DNA of 64,000 bases from the human T2T-CHM13v2.0 reference genome, Homo sapiens: NCBI RefSeq assembly GCF_009914755.1, contig NC_060930.1. One strand, 5' to 3'. The first letter of the stretch is position 1. The number at the start of each line of letters is the position of its first letter. Below the pieces are notes generated by a model. The model saw nothing but the letters and a program-made list of their open reading frames with translations. It ran no database searches and had not been told where the DNA came from. This document shows positions 41,909-57,382 of this stretch, one piece after another. Position numbers and translations under genes: made by a program.

Positions 41909-42879
41909 TGTTGAAATACAAAAAAGTCAACGAAAACTTGATCTATTCACACTGAGAATTCTAAGAAAGTCCAAAGACTATTCCAGAACTAGAGGCCTGC
42001 TGAGTCTCTTCAGTGGAACAGTTTCCATTCAAATTTCTTTCCAAGAGGCCATCAGTCCAGAAGACTTGAATAGACATTTAAAATTTTAAAAGCTTTCCCT
42101 AATATGAGAGGGAATACGAAGTTACTCCTTCAATATTCCGTTGTCAGTAGAGCCAACGATGTTCTTTCTTGGATTTATGATAAAAATGAACAAATAATGA
42201 CAACATTGGCATCAACTTAAGGCCAAAGATAAGGATCCACCATCTATTGAAAACCTATTTTATGTATAATGTTCCGCTAAGCACTTTATATGCATTATCT
42301 TATTTACGCTTTATAACAAACTTGCAAGGTATATGTCATTATTTTGCTACTTTGTTTTCATCCTTTACTAAGTCAAATTGTAAACATAAAAATATATTAG
42401 GAAAAATCAGCATAATTAAATATTTTCTGCAATACATAAAACTAATCATTAATTTATAATATCATATGCTATTAATATTTTGAACAAGTAGGCAGATTCC
42501 AGAAACAAGTCCAAACTTGTAGAAAGCAACCAGTCAAGCATAATTTTTTTTAACTTTTCATCTTTGCTCTGAAGGCAGCAACACTTGCAGGAGGGTGCAG
42601 AGTGGCTACAGCCTCAGGAATTAGCTAGATATCTTTCTAGGTTAAAGAACATGGGAAAGAAGCTTGTAGCAACCAGCACTGCCAGAGAGTAGTGGTGGAG
42701 ATAGGTATGAGGAGGGAAACTCAGAAAAAAAAAAATGAGCCAAGAAGGGGAGTCAAATGACTAAAAAAAAATGAGTCAGGTATATATTTGACCCATGTGT
42801 TTCTGTTCCTCAATTACACATTTACCAGTCGGACTTCATGCAGTCTGAAGTGAGACTTTAATTACCATGTACCCTAAGC

Positions 42880-44560
<1,681 letters not shown>

Positions 44561-44604
44561 TAAAGTATTAAGTATTTTAACCTTTCAATTTATTTATTAT
44601 TATT

Positions 44605-45260
44605 TTTTAAATAGACTTAATCTTTTAGAGCTGATTTAGGTTCAGAGAAAAATTGTGCTGGGTTCCCTATACCGTCTGTCCCATCACATGCACAGAGCTT
44701 CTCTTATTATTAACATCTTGCTTTAGTGTGGTACTTGTGCCACAACTGATGAACCAATATTGATACATTATTATTACCCAAAGTCCATAGTTTTCATTAG
44801 AGTTCATTCTTTGTGTTGTACAGTTCTGCGGATTTTGACATATGCATAACATCATATGTTTACATTTATAGTATCATACACAATAGTTTCACTGTCCTAA
44901 AAACCCACAGTGCTACACCTATTCATCTTTTCTCCTTCCCCCTGAAATTTTGGAACTAATGATCTTTTTACTGTCTTATAGTTTTGGGTTTTCAGAATAT
45001 AATAGAGTTGAAATCATACAGAACATAAAGATTTTTCAGCTGACTTCTGATTTAGCAAAATGCACTTAGTGTACCCCAAAATCTTTTGGTGGCTCAATAG
45101 TTCATTTTTTAAAATAGATTTTTAGAGCAGTTTTAGGTTCACAGCAAAATTTAGTAAAAAGTTCAGAGATTTACCACATACAGCTCGGCCCTTTAAAAAT
45201 TACTGAATAACATTCCATTGTACTAATGCATCACAGTTTATTTATCCATGTACTTATTGA
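44605..45260 (-). mobile_element. L1MC1/2-like 3' end
   Basis: ctgatgaaccaatattgatacattattatt...aagtccatagtt...ctttgtgttgtacagttct. Confidence 0.8.
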
Positions 45261-45262
45261 AT

Positions 45263-45817
45263 TGTATTAGCTCACAGTGCTGTATGTTAGCAGCCCAGAC
45301 GTGGCTTAGCTGGATTTTCTGTTAGGGACTTCAAAGTCAAAAATCAAGGTTTTCCCCAGACTGAGTTCTCATCTGGAGATTCAGGGAAAAAAAAATCCAC
45401 TTACAAGCTTACTAAGATTGTTAGCAAAATATAATTTCTTTGAGTCTTAAGACTGAGGTCCCCTTTCCTTGCTGGCTGGCAGCCATAGATTGGCGTTAGT
45501 AGCTGGGGACTTCCCGGGTTCCTTATTACAAGACCTCCACCTCTTCCACACCAGCACTGAGAACTTTTGTCAAATCCTAATCACTCTTTGAATCATTCTG
45601 ACTTCTCTGTCAGATTTAAAGGGCTTATTTGATTTGGTCAGGCCCACCCAGATAATTTCCCTGTTTTAAGGTCAGTTGATTTGGGATCTTAATTACATCT
45701 ACAGAATCCCTTTACAGCGACTCTTATATTAGCATTTAACTGAATAATTACTAGAAGGCATGTACATACCAGAGGCTAGGACATTTGTGAGCCATATAAG
45801 AATTCTACTAAACACAC
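45263..45817 (-). mobile_element. MLT1E-like MaLR LTR
   Basis: ggcttagctggattttctg; ggtcaggcccacccagataat; cttaattacatct. Confidence 0.7.
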
Positions 45818-45819
45818 CA

Positions 45820-46530
45820 TATTAATAGAATAAAATAAGCTATTTCAGTAGATGCAGAAAAGCATTTTAATGCAACATCCATTAAAAATTAAACATATCA
45901 AAATAATAATTTTATTTTAATTCAAAATTCATTCACAAATAAAAATTCTCAGTAAATCATGAAATAAAAGGAAATTTATTCAATCTGATGAAGTTTTCAA
46001 TCTGATAAGGTGTTTCTACACAAACCCTATAGCTAATATTATACTTAACAGCGAAGTTTTGATCTCCAAAAATCAGGAATAAGGAAAAAAATATGGTATT
46101 TCTCATTTCAATTAATGTTACGCTAGCATCCCTAATTATTACAATGAGGCAAAAAAAACAGAGAGAGGAAGAGGGAGAGAGAGAGAAAGAGAGAGAGAGA
46201 TGAAGGAAAGAAGGAAGGAAGGGAGGGAGGGAGGGAGGGAGGAAGGAAGGAAGGAAGGAAGGAAGGAAGGAAGGAAGGAAGGAAGGAAGGAAAGAACGGG
46301 GAGAGGGAAGGAGGGAGGGAAGGAAGGAAAGAAAGGAAGGAAAGGAGGGAAATTATTTCCAGTTTTAGATGATATGATCTTAAAAAAAAAAAAGGGAATC
46401 CACAAAGTAACCAATAAAAGTAATAATTTAGCAAGGTCACAAAATACAAATGTAACACATATAAAATTTTTATTTTTATAAATAGCAAATAATTGGAAAA
46501 TATTTTAAAACAATCCTATTTTAATGGCAC
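45820..46530 (+). mobile_element. L1M ORF2 (RT region) remnant containing a purine microsatellite
   Basis: tcagtagatgcagaaaagcatt; tttagcaaggtcacaaaatacaa. Confidence 0.6.
46160..46351 (+). repeat. Polypurine compound microsatellite (GA)n-(GGGA)5-(GGAA)13
   Basis: (GGGA)5 at 46221-46240; 13 consecutive GGAA at 46241-46292. Confidence 0.95.
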
Positions 46531-48390
46531 AAATGAAAGATAAAATATATTACTGGGTCATTGCACTTATTAGGTCTCTAGAAAATTAGGAAATAAAGCA
46601 TTCTTATTTGGACTGAGCTCTACGCCTTGGAATAAGTCATTTTATTTTGCTGAACTTCTTTTTCATATGCATTGTGGGAAAAATAATATTTACACGTTTA
46701 CCTTCCTAATAAGAGCACCTTGAGGCATAATGCAGAGTTTCTAGATTCAGTGGAATAAAATCAAAATGATAATTGAAGAGATTGTGAGACTCAGGGGCCA
46801 GGGTTACTCACAACGAGGCTGTATGTAGTTACAAATTTTGTAATTTTATATTTCCCAAATGTAAACATTGAAGACACCATGCCTTTACATAGCAATAAAT
46901 GAAAATCTGTGATATAAAAAGTTATTTTGAGGAAAACTGCTGTTATTTATTTATATTTAGAAATTATTTGAAATAAATATCAAAGAAAACTTGATGACAA
47001 ATTTAAAGTCATTTCCATGTAGCGAAATGAAACATAAGTATTAAAAAAGCAATGAATTTAGTCATTATGCTTTTTAAAAATATTATAGGACTTCACTTCC
47101 ACAGGCTGGTGGAATTATCAGTTCAATTTCAATAGATTTCAATAGAGATATATATTATGCTGGCTACTCAACTAGACTAATATCATTTTATAGAGACCTT
47201 TCTTTTGCTTTGTGTTCTCTTTGTTATTATACATAAATATCAAATTATCTACTGACAAAATGTATTAAAATTGTCTAGAATTACTTAACAAACATGTAAG
47301 CACTGATCTCACAGGATTGTTTTAAAATGAGAAAACATGAATGAAGATACCATTGAACAATAATGTGTATTCTATATATGGTAATTGTCAAATAAATATG
47401 ACATCCAAGGCCTCTGCTAAGTGCTTGAGCAAAAATTTCAGCATGTCTTCTCAACCATCAGGAATATATGTTTTCTATATTTTCAGATAGGTAGGAAATG
47501 AACATATGTTTTGAAGCTTTTGTAACTAATCTTCTACTCATCTTCTCATGCCAAGTAAAATATGGATGGCTGTTGTTGTCAACAAAAATATACTAACATA
47601 ATTGATTAATGAAGAATTATATAACTCATTACTGGATTATAATTTACAATTTTGTTCTTTTCTATTAAGTTCAATAGAGTTTGCAACATATTTATCATCT
47701 ATGGCATTAAAAGAGCTTTCTAGAACTTTAAGTTAGATTGAGGTACAGAATACTCACTAGGCTTAGTTTCATTCACCAATAAATGAAGCTGGTTATTATG
47801 CAGCTTTATTTGAGGACTGTTTTCTTAGAAGTTTTATGATGATATAAGTTACTTGAGTATAGATTGAGTATAGATTACAATAGAAAGCACCATTTAAAAA
47901 TAAAATAATTATTAGAAATTCAAAGAGTAGTTTTCTGTTATATGTTAGAAGGCAAAAGATTGAATTTATTCATAAATATAGGTTAATCATCTAGTCAAAT
48001 CACCATTATTTGACTATGAAGAAATAATCTTTAGTAAATGCTTATTGTAGATCTTTGAATACTAAAATTGCTAATAAGAAACGGAGGACAAAAGATCAAT
48101 AAAAATTTCTAGAAGAAAACATAATGAAATATTAATAACTTTGGAATACGCAAAGATATATTAGGACACAAAAGATTAAGTGTACAAACTTGATAAATGG
48201 TACTTTATTAAAAATAAGAACTTGTGCTCTTCAGAACACATCATTAAAAAAAGCCAAGGAGAAAATACTCTCAATACCACAGTCTGACAAATGACTTGTA
48301 TATAAAATATACAACTTTTTAACAATTAGGAGACAATTTAAAATGTACAAAATATTTTAAAGGGTGATTCACAATAAAAAATACATGTAT

Positions 48391-48732
48391 GGCCAGGTGT
48401 GGTGACTCACACCTGTAATCCTGGGACTTTGAGATGCCAAGGTGGGCACACTTGAGCTCAGGAGTTTGAGACCAGCCTGGGCAACATGGTGAGAACCTAT
48501 CTCTACAAAAAATACCAAGAAAAACACAAACAAACAAAATTAGCTGGGCCTGGTGGCACATACCTGCAGTCTCAGCTACTTGGGAAACTGAGGTGGGAAG
48601 ATCGTTTGAGTGAGGTGTGGGTGGTGGGTGCAGAGGTTGCAATGAGCTGAGATTGTGCCACTATGCTCCAGCCTGGGTGACAGAGTAAGATCCTGTCTCA
48701 AAAAAGAAAGAAAAGAAAAGAGAAAAGAAAAG
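48391..48732 (+). mobile_element. AluJ(b)
   Basis: cttgagctcaggagtttgagaccagcctgggcaacatgg; TSD aaatacatgtat. Confidence 0.9.
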
Positions 48733-48921
48733 AAATACATGTATGGCCAATAAGCACATGGAAAGATTCTCAGCATCATTAATTGTCAATGAAATGCAAA
48801 TTAAAACTATAATAAGATGCCACTACATAGCCACTAGCATGGCTAAAATTAAAGACTGACTAGTACCAAGTGTTGACAAATAAGAAGTGTAACTGTCATA
48901 CATTGCTACTGAGAATGTAAA

Positions 48922-49195
48922 ATGACACAACCATTTTACAAAATAGTTCGACAGTTTCTTATAAAATTAACCACATTTTAGCTTTGACCTTGCAGTTCCA
49001 CTCCTAGGTATGTACCAGATAGAAATAAAACATGTATCTAGACAAAGACTTGTATGTATGACACAACAATTTTACAAAATAGTTTGGCAGTTTTTTATAA
49101 AATTAACCACCCTCTTAGCTTTGACCTTGCAGTTCCACTCCTAGGTATGTACCAAATAGAAATAAAAACATATATCTAGATAAAGACTTTTATGT
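48922..49195 (+). repeat. 136-bp tandem duplication inside L1
   Basis: atgacacaac...agacttgtatgt repeated head-to-tail at 48922 and 49058. Confidence 0.95.
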
Positions 49196-50421
49196 AAATG
49201 CTCACAGCAAGTTTATTACCATAGATGGAGCCAATAATATACCTGAAGAGCTTGATATAACGAAACAAATAAATAGTATGATATAACAAAAGAATACTAA
49301 TCAGCAATAAAAGTGCAGCGTAATAACAGATAAATTTTGAAAACATTTTTCCGAACAAAAAAAGACAGACACGAAAGACGATATACTGCACAATTTTATT
49401 TATATAAAATACAAAAACAGGCAAAGTTAATCTGTAGTTACAGACAGCAGACAGACTTGTATTTGGCTGATAGGGAGGACTTACTAAAATAACTATTAGG
49501 GAACTTTAGGAGGTGATAAAATATTTCATATCTTGATTATTGTGATGGATATACAACTGTATACATTTGCTAAAATAATACAATAACTGTACTTTTAAAC
49601 TGGGGACCTTTTATTATATATAACTCATCTTTTGATAAAGATTATTTAAAAAACGAATAGCAAAACAAAGTCAATAATATAGCATAAAATTATAAAAGAA
49701 ATTATGCTGGTCAAAAAATGAAACATTAACATTTTTCCCAAAATTGTTTGACATATTCTTCCACAGATTCATGGAAATGCCAAGAGTTCAGCCTAGTTTT
49801 ATAGGCTAGAATTATTTCTTCTTGTTCTCCATGTATAATTTAGAACTATTGCTGAAATCTTCTGTCTTTCTTGACCAAAGTAAATATTTTTGTTGGTTGT
49901 GGTCAGTTGAGATGATACTGAGATTTAAAAAAATTATGAGAAATCCAAGTGAAATAGAAAGATACATATTCTTATACTTTCCTACATGGGCATTTGTTCA
50001 GTCGTGCCTGTCCTGGAGATCTTGTAGAAAGTCAGTGAAGTAGTAACATAGAGTCAAAGGTCAAGTCGAGATCATTCTCAAAGGCATGAAAAAGTCAAAG
50101 GAGACCTGGGGCTAAATGCTTCTGTAGGAAATTTTGTTCACTCCTTCCCATTTTTAAAGTCTTTATTCTCCTCTACCAAAGGAGAGTGACGACAAAGAAG
50201 GTCTTCAGGAAGAAGATACAGTCTGGATGTAAGTTCCACTCCCTTTTAAGAGATTAAAGAAAATATTTCATCTAAGAATTTTTTATCATTTCTGTTTCAA
50301 CACTATAATTGACTTATCCTAGGTCTCTAAAGCAGAGGTTTAACGAGGATCCTGGTAACTAACTTGGTGGAGGGGGAAAAACAATTAAAACAAAAAAAAC
50401 CTGAAAATTACCTAACACATT

Positions 50422-50958
50422 ATTTTAGTTTTCTATTCAACATAAAATTACCACAAGTTTAGTGGCTTATAAAAATGCATATTTATGATCTCACAGTTTC
50501 TGTATATCAGGAATCTGGACACAAGTTAGTTAGGTTCTCTGCCAGGCCGGGTTCTCACCTGGAGGCACAAATGAAGAAAGGCCCCACTTCCAAGCTCACT
50601 CATGCCATTGCCAGAATTTATTTCCTTGTGGCCATAAAACTGAGGACCACAGCTTCTTGCTGGCTGTTGGCTAGAGACTGCTCTCAGCAACTTTTCCATA
50701 GCTTATTGCCATATAAGCCTACTAACATTGCAGTTCACTTCTTCAAAGACAACAAAGGAAAAAGTCTTCAAAGCAGGTGAAGTCTACCAGCAATATGGAG
50801 TCCTTCATATTGTAATGTAATCAAGGGAGTGACATCCCATCACTATTGCCATAATCTGGTGGTTAAAAGCAAGTCACAGCTTCTCTCCACATGCAAGGGG
50901 AGGGGATTAAATAAGAAGGTAGAGATCATGAATGTGACTTGAAAGTCTGTCCACTTCA
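50422..50958 (-). mobile_element. MLT1F-like MaLR LTR
   Basis: ttaccacaagtttagtggctta; gagtgacatcccatcac; aagcaagtcacag. Confidence 0.75.
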
Positions 50959-51159
50959 AACATACTGTGTGCTAGGCATGTCTTAACATTGTTTATATTG
51001 GCTGGGGCAATGAAAAACATTCAACAAGTGGTAATTATGACTTGAATAAATACACACACACATACATGTACATTTCTTAACGTGTAACAGGGATTATGCC
51101 TTAGCATGAAAGTTATTCAGTGTTATGTCCCATCAGTATCTAAACCCAGGATTTTTACC

Positions 51160-51490
51160 GTCTGCTCCTCTGGCCTCCCTCCTGATGGATCCCTGTTGGT
51201 GCCAGGAAGGAATGGGCTGCCTAGGGATTCAGCGAGCTCCCAGCGCCTCCCTACTGTCTCCTACACTCCTGTATTTCACTCACCTCAGCTCTCTAACTTG
51301 ACTCGGCTCCAGGTGAAGTTGGGAACTTCTCTGTCAAACAGACCTTCAGCTTCTCTTGTAGGGGTATGTGTTCAGGAGAGGAGGGTCTCCCTTTCCCACT
51401 TCTGTGGTTGGGGCACTCACAGTATTTGGGGTGTCTCCTGGGTCCTGCAGGAGCAGTCCACTTCCTTCAGAGGGTCTGTGGGTCCTCTCC
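51160..51490 (-). mobile_element. L1PB-type 5'UTR fragment
   Basis: ggggtgtctcctgggtcctgcaggagcagtccacttccttcagagggtctgtgggtcctctc. Confidence 0.65.
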
Positions 51491-54400
51491 AGTGTTTTAT
51501 TGTAGTAGTTTCATAGTTTAAGGTCTGAGATGTAAGTCTTTAATGAATTTTAATTTGATTTTTGTATAAGGTGAGAGATGGGGATGAAGTTTAATTCTTC
51601 TGCATATAGATATCCAGTTTTCCCAGCACCATTTATAGAAGAGACTGCCTTTTCCCCAATGTATGTTCTTGGCATCTTTGTTGAAAACAAGTTCACTGTA
51701 GGTGTGTGGATGTGTTTCTGGGTTCTCTATTCTGTTCCATTGGCCTATGTGTCTGTTTTTATGCCAGTACCATGCAGTTTGGGCTACTATATCTCAGTCA
51801 TATAATTTGAAGTCAGGTAATGTGATTCATCCAGTTTTGTTCTTCTTGCTCAGGATATCTTTGGCTATTCTGGGTCGTTTGTAATTCCATATAAACTCTA
51901 CGATTTTTTTTTCCTTTTCTGTGAAGAATGTCCTTGGTATTTTCATAGGGATTGCATTGAATCTATATACTGCTTTTGGTAGTATCAACATTTTTACAGT
52001 GTTGATTCTTCCAATCCATGAACATGGAATATATTTCCATTTTTTGTGTGTGTCTTCTTCAATCTCTGTCATCAGCATTTCATAGTTTTTACCATAGAGA
52101 TCTTTCACTTCTTTGGTTAACTTAGTTCCTAGTTATTTAATTTTATTTGCAGCTATTATAAATAGGATTACTTCCTTGATTTCTTTTTTCAGACTGTTCA
52201 CTGCTGGAATATAGAAATGCTATTGGTTTTTGTAGGTTGATGTTCTATGTTGCAACTTTGTTGAATTTATCAGTTCTAATGGTTTTCATGTGGAGTCTTT
52301 AGGTTTTTTCATATATAAGATTGTATCATCTGCAAACAAGGAGAATTTGAATTCTTCCTTTCCAATTTTGATTCCCTTTATTTCTTTCTCTTGTCTGTTT
52401 GCTCCAGCTAAGTCTACCAGTACTATGTTGAATAATAGTGGTGAAATGGGGCATCCTTGTCTTTTTCCAGATCTTAGAGGAAAGGCTTTTAGTGTTTCCC
52501 CATTCAGCATGATACTATGGGTCTGTCATATGTGGCTTTTATTATGTTGAGGCATGTTTTTTCCATACACAATGTTTTGATGGTTTTTATCACAAAGGGA
52601 TGTAAAATTTTATCAAATGTTTTTTCAGCATCAACTGAAATGATCACATGGCTTGTATCTTTCATTCTTTTGATACAATGTATCACATTGATTGATTTGC
52701 ATTTGTTGAGCCATCCTTACATCCCTGAGATAAATCCCACTTGGTCATGATGAATGATCTTTTTAATGTTTTGTTTAATTTAGTCTGCTAGTATTTTGTT
52801 GAGGATTTTTGCATCAACATTTATCAGGATATTCACCTATAGATATTGACCTTTTCTTTTTTTGATGTGTCTTTGTCGGATTTTGGTATCAGCATAATAC
52901 TGACCTCATTGAATGAATTTCCCTCCCCCTCTAGGTTTTGGAATAGTCAGAGTGGGATTGGTATTAGTTCTTTTATAAATGCTCATAAAAATTCAGCTAT
53001 GAAGCCATCAGTTCTTAGGCTTTTTCTTTGCTGGCAGACATTTTATTATGGCTAAGATTAAGTTCAATGTTTCTTTGTTAATTTTCTGTCTGGAAGATAT
53101 CTCCAATGCTGAAAGTGGGTTGTTGAAGTCTCCAGCTATTATTGTATTAGGTCTATCTCCCTCTTTAGCTCTAATAGTATTTGCTTTATATGTCTGGGGG
53201 ATACAGTATTGAGTGCATATATATTTACATTCATTATATTCTGTTGCTGAATTGACCCCTTTATTATTGTATAATGACCTCGTTTGTCTCTTCCCACAGT
53301 TTTTGTCTTGAAATCTATTTTGACAGATGTAAATATAGCTATTCCTGCTCTTTTTTAGTTTCCATTGGCATAGAATATTTTTCTATACCTTTATTTTCAG
53401 TCTATGTGTATCTTTATAAATGAAGTGTATTCCTTGTAGGCAACATATCATTAGGTTTTGCTTTTTCATCCCTTCAGCCACTCCAAGTATTTTGTTTGAG
53501 AGATTATTCCATTCACATTCAATGTTATTATTAATAAGTAGGGACTTACTCCTGCCATTTTGTTATTTGTTTTCTGGTTGTTTTGTGGTCTCCTCTTCCC
53601 TTTTTCCTTCATTCCTGTATTTCTGTTAGCGAAGGTGATTTTCTCTGGTGGTATGCTTTAATTTCCTGCTTTGTGTGTGTGTATCCATTGTATGTTTTTC
53701 TTATTTGAGATTACCAGGAAGTTTGCAACTACTATCTTATATCTCATTATTTTAAACTGATGACAATTTAACACTGATTGTGTAAATAAGCAAGCAAGAA
53801 TACAAAAAGAAAACTAATAAAAATTCTACTTTAACTACATCCCACTAGTTTTTTACCTTTTGTTGTTTCTATTTATGTCTCACTATATTGTCTATGTCTT
53901 GAAAAGTTGTTGCAGTTATTATTTTTGATTGGTTCATCATTTAGTCTTTCTACTTGAGTCAAAAGAAGTTTATAACACACTGCAATTAGAGGTATACTAT
54001 TCTGTGTTTTTCTGTGATGTTACTGTTACCAGTGAGTTTTGTATCTTCAGATCATTTCTTCTTGTTCTTTAACATCCTTTTCTTTCAGATTAAAGAACTC
54101 TTTAGCATTTCTTTGCATGGCACGTCTGGTGTTGATGAAATCCCACAGCTTTTGTTTGTTTGAGAAGGTCTTTATTTTTCCTTCATTCTTAAAGGATACA
54201 CTATTCTAGGGTAAATTTGTCTTTTTCCTTCAGCACTTTAAATATGTCATGCTACTCTCTCCTGGCTTGTAAGATTTTATTGAAAAGTCTGCCATCAGAC
54301 TTTTCAGCAATAATGGAGTATTGATGCTCCATTGTATATTATTTGTTTGTTTTCTTTGCAGCTTTTAGGATCCTTTCTTTATCCTTGACCTTTGGGAGTT

Positions 54401-56905
54401 TGATTACTAAATGCCTTGAGGTAGTCTTCTGTGGCTTAAATCTGCTCAGTGTTCTATAACCTTCTGGTACTTGAATATTGATATTTTTCTCTAGATTTGA
54501 GAATTTCTCTGAAATCCCTTTGAATAAACTTTCCATCCCTATCCCTTTGTCTACCTCCTCTTGAAGGCCAATAACTCTTAGATTTGCCCTTTTGAGGCTA
54601 CTCTCTAAATCTTGTAGGCATGCTTCACTGTTTTTGTTTCTTTTGTCTCTTCTGGCTGTGTATTTTCAAGTAGCCTGTCTTCAAGCTTACTAATCCTTTC
54701 TTCTTCTTGATCAATTCTATTATTAAGAGACTCTGATGCATTCTTCAGTATGTCAGTTACATTTTTCATCTCCATAATTTCTTCTTGATTCTTTTAAATT
54801 ATTTTAATCTCTTTATTAAATTTATCAGATAGGACTCTGAATTCCTTCTCTGTGTTATCTTGAGTTACTTTGAATTTTCCCAAATCAGCTATTTTTAATT
54901 CTCTGTCATAAAGGTTATATATCTCTGTTTCTCTAGGATTTGTCCCTCATGCTTTATTTAGTTCATTTGGTGAGCTCATGTTTTTCTGGATGGTGTTAAT
55001 GTTTGTATATGTTCTTCAGAGTCTGAGCATTGAAGAGTTAGGTATTTATTGTAGTCTTCACAGTCTGGGCTTGTTTTGCCAGTCCTTCTTTGGAAGGCTA
55101 TCTAGGTATTCATAGGGACTTGGACTCCAAGACCAATAACACTGTGTTTTTTTGCAGACTCATAGAGGTACTGCCTTAGTGGTCTTGCACAAAATCTGGA
55201 ACAGTTCTCTGGATTACCAAGCAGAGACTCTTGTTCTTTTACTTTACTTTCTCACAAACATTTGGAGTCTCTTTCTCTCTGGTCTGAGCCACCTGGAACT
55301 TTGGGTATGGATGCAAGCACCCCTGTGGCCACCACCAGTGGGACTGCGCTGGATCAGACCTAAGGCCCACACAGCACTGGGTTGGGTCTTGCCCAAGGTC
55401 CTTCCTGTCATGGTGGCAAATTCTCCCAGGCCTCAAGCATGCCCAGAGATTCTATCTGGGAGTCAGGAATTGGAATAAAAAATTTGCAGTTTACCTGATG
55501 TTTTATTCTACTGCAGCTAAGCTGGCACTCAAATCACAATACGAAGGCCCTCCCACTCTTTCCTCCCCTTTCCATATGCAAAGGAGCCTTTTTCTGTGAC
55601 CATCATCACCAACAGTCCACAGGGGGTCCTATCAGGCCACCCCTGATGTTTGCTTAGAGCCCAAGGGCTCTTATGGCAGCTTGTGATGAATGCTGCCAGG
55701 CCTGGGACTCACCCTTTAGGACAATGGGCTCCCTTCTGGCCCAGGGTAGGTCCAGAAATGCTGCCCAAGAGCCTAGGCCTAGAGTCAAAAACCCCAAGAG
55801 TCCGCTTGTTGCTCTAATCCACTGTGGACAAGCTGGTCCTAGGATGGAAGAAAAGTCACACTTTTCCCCTGACTTTTCTCTAACAGAATGGGTCTTTCAC
55901 TGTAGCTATCATAGCTGGGAATGTGCTAGGTCTCCAGAATATCTCAGAGCACAAGGCCCAGGGTATACTCCCTAGGTATCACTGATGTTTATTCAGGGCT
56001 CAAGAGCTCTTTAGTCAGCAGGTGATAAAACCTGCCAGAAATGGGTTCTTCCACTCAAGGCAGTAGGTTTCCTTTTGGCCCAGGTTGTGTCTAGAAATAT
56101 CATCTGGGAGCTAATGCCCGGAATGGGGGCATCATGACTCTGCCCTATGCATCTACTCTGCCCTATGCCTTCTACTGTGGCTGAGCTGGTATCCAAAAAG
56201 CAAGACATAGTCTTCTTTAGTCTACACCCTCCTCTCTTTAAGCAGAAGGAAGGAGTTACTTTTGTTGCTATGAGCTGCACTGCTTGGGGTTGGGGAAGGA
56301 ATGGTGCGAGCCCTCCCTTAACCTTGCCAGACAAGCTCACTGGCTCTATGCCTAGCCTAGCATGAGGTATTGTCTAGGAACTGAAGTCCTTGTGTTCTAG
56401 ACAAGGACTAGGGGTAGGATTCAAGTTTACCTATGACCCAAGAGCACTTTGTTCCACAGTGGCGAAGCTTGCCAAGAAACTCAATTGCTGACTGCTGGGT
56501 TGGGCAGTTCCCCTCTGGCTAGGCCAGGTCCAAATGCTCCCTCTGCAAGGGCACTGGCTGAGCCCAACACAGCTTTATTCTCTGCTGTGACAGGGTGGCG
56601 CTGTGTTCAATGTAAGGTCCTTCAGTTGCTGTGCTCTCTTTCCCTAGAATGTACAAATTATCTCTCTGTGCTGCATGGCCACTGGAGATGATGGGAAAGA
56701 GTGGCGTCAGGGATTTAAGACTGTCTCTTCTGACCTCCTCAATGCCTCTTTCCATCACAGGAAGTTAAAAACGGATACTGTTATTGCTCCCCTCACCTGA
56801 TTTTTTGTTCCTGTGATGGTGCTTTTCTGTGTGCAGTTGTTAAAATCTGGTGTTCCAGCAGTGGGGACAAATGGTGTAGACTTCTATTCTGCCATCTTTC
56901 TCTGA
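51491..56905 (-). mobile_element. L1MA-type LINE: 5'UTR, ORF1 and partial ORF2; internal deletion near 53055; 3' end absent
   Basis: Minus-strand peptides [31 protein letters not shown] (RT), [16 protein letters not shown]1 RHLVIKLPKVKDKERILKAA; 5' start aagatggcagaatagaag at 56898. Confidence 0.92.
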
Positions 56906-57344
56906 TGGGACAATTTTTTTTTAACAATGTTGGAATTATTTTTGGTTGAAATTCTGAAGTTTCCTCTAGTTTTCTAATATTTTAAAATAAATTTTAAAAT
57001 ATTGATTCTACTAATAATAGTATTTACGTCCCAGGTATGTATGTATAAGTATGCATATATGTTTTTTCATCCCTGTCTCTTTGCAATATGCTTTTATATA
57101 TTAATTGAAAAGCCAGTTAACTTCTTTAATATTTGAATCATCAAATACCTGAACTAGCTTTTTCCAGTGGCAGGTATTGACTGGCAAACCTCTTTTCCTC
57201 TCCTGTAACACAACTGTGCTTTATTGATATTTGGATCATAATCTAAAGCCAATCATTCTAGTTTGGTATTTCTCTAATGGCAATTTTCTCAATTTGTCTA
57301 TATAGAAGTTTTTGCCTTCAGGATTAATTTTGAGTTATAAATGG

Positions 57345-57346
<2 letters not shown>

Positions 57347-57382
<36 letters not shown>

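Larger units (their letters stand above)
48080..49630 (+). mobile_element. L1MC/L1ME ORF2 end and 3'UTR (contains AluJ and a tandem duplication)
   Basis: gaaatgcaaattaaaac; ttccactcctaggtat; tatcttgatt...gatatacaactgtatacatttg. Confidence 0.75.

Noticed and set aside
46132-46488. ORFs with PSFL/RKEG repeats
   Set aside because: Translations of the GGAA microsatellite
51827-52686. ORFs with reverse transcriptase motifs (FADD)
   Set aside because: Frameshifted pieces of a dead L1 ORF2, not an intact or domesticated RT
56138-56176. Short tandem duplications (also at 2331-2358, 47855-47876, 58898-58930)
   Set aside because: Ordinary 11-20 bp slippage duplications
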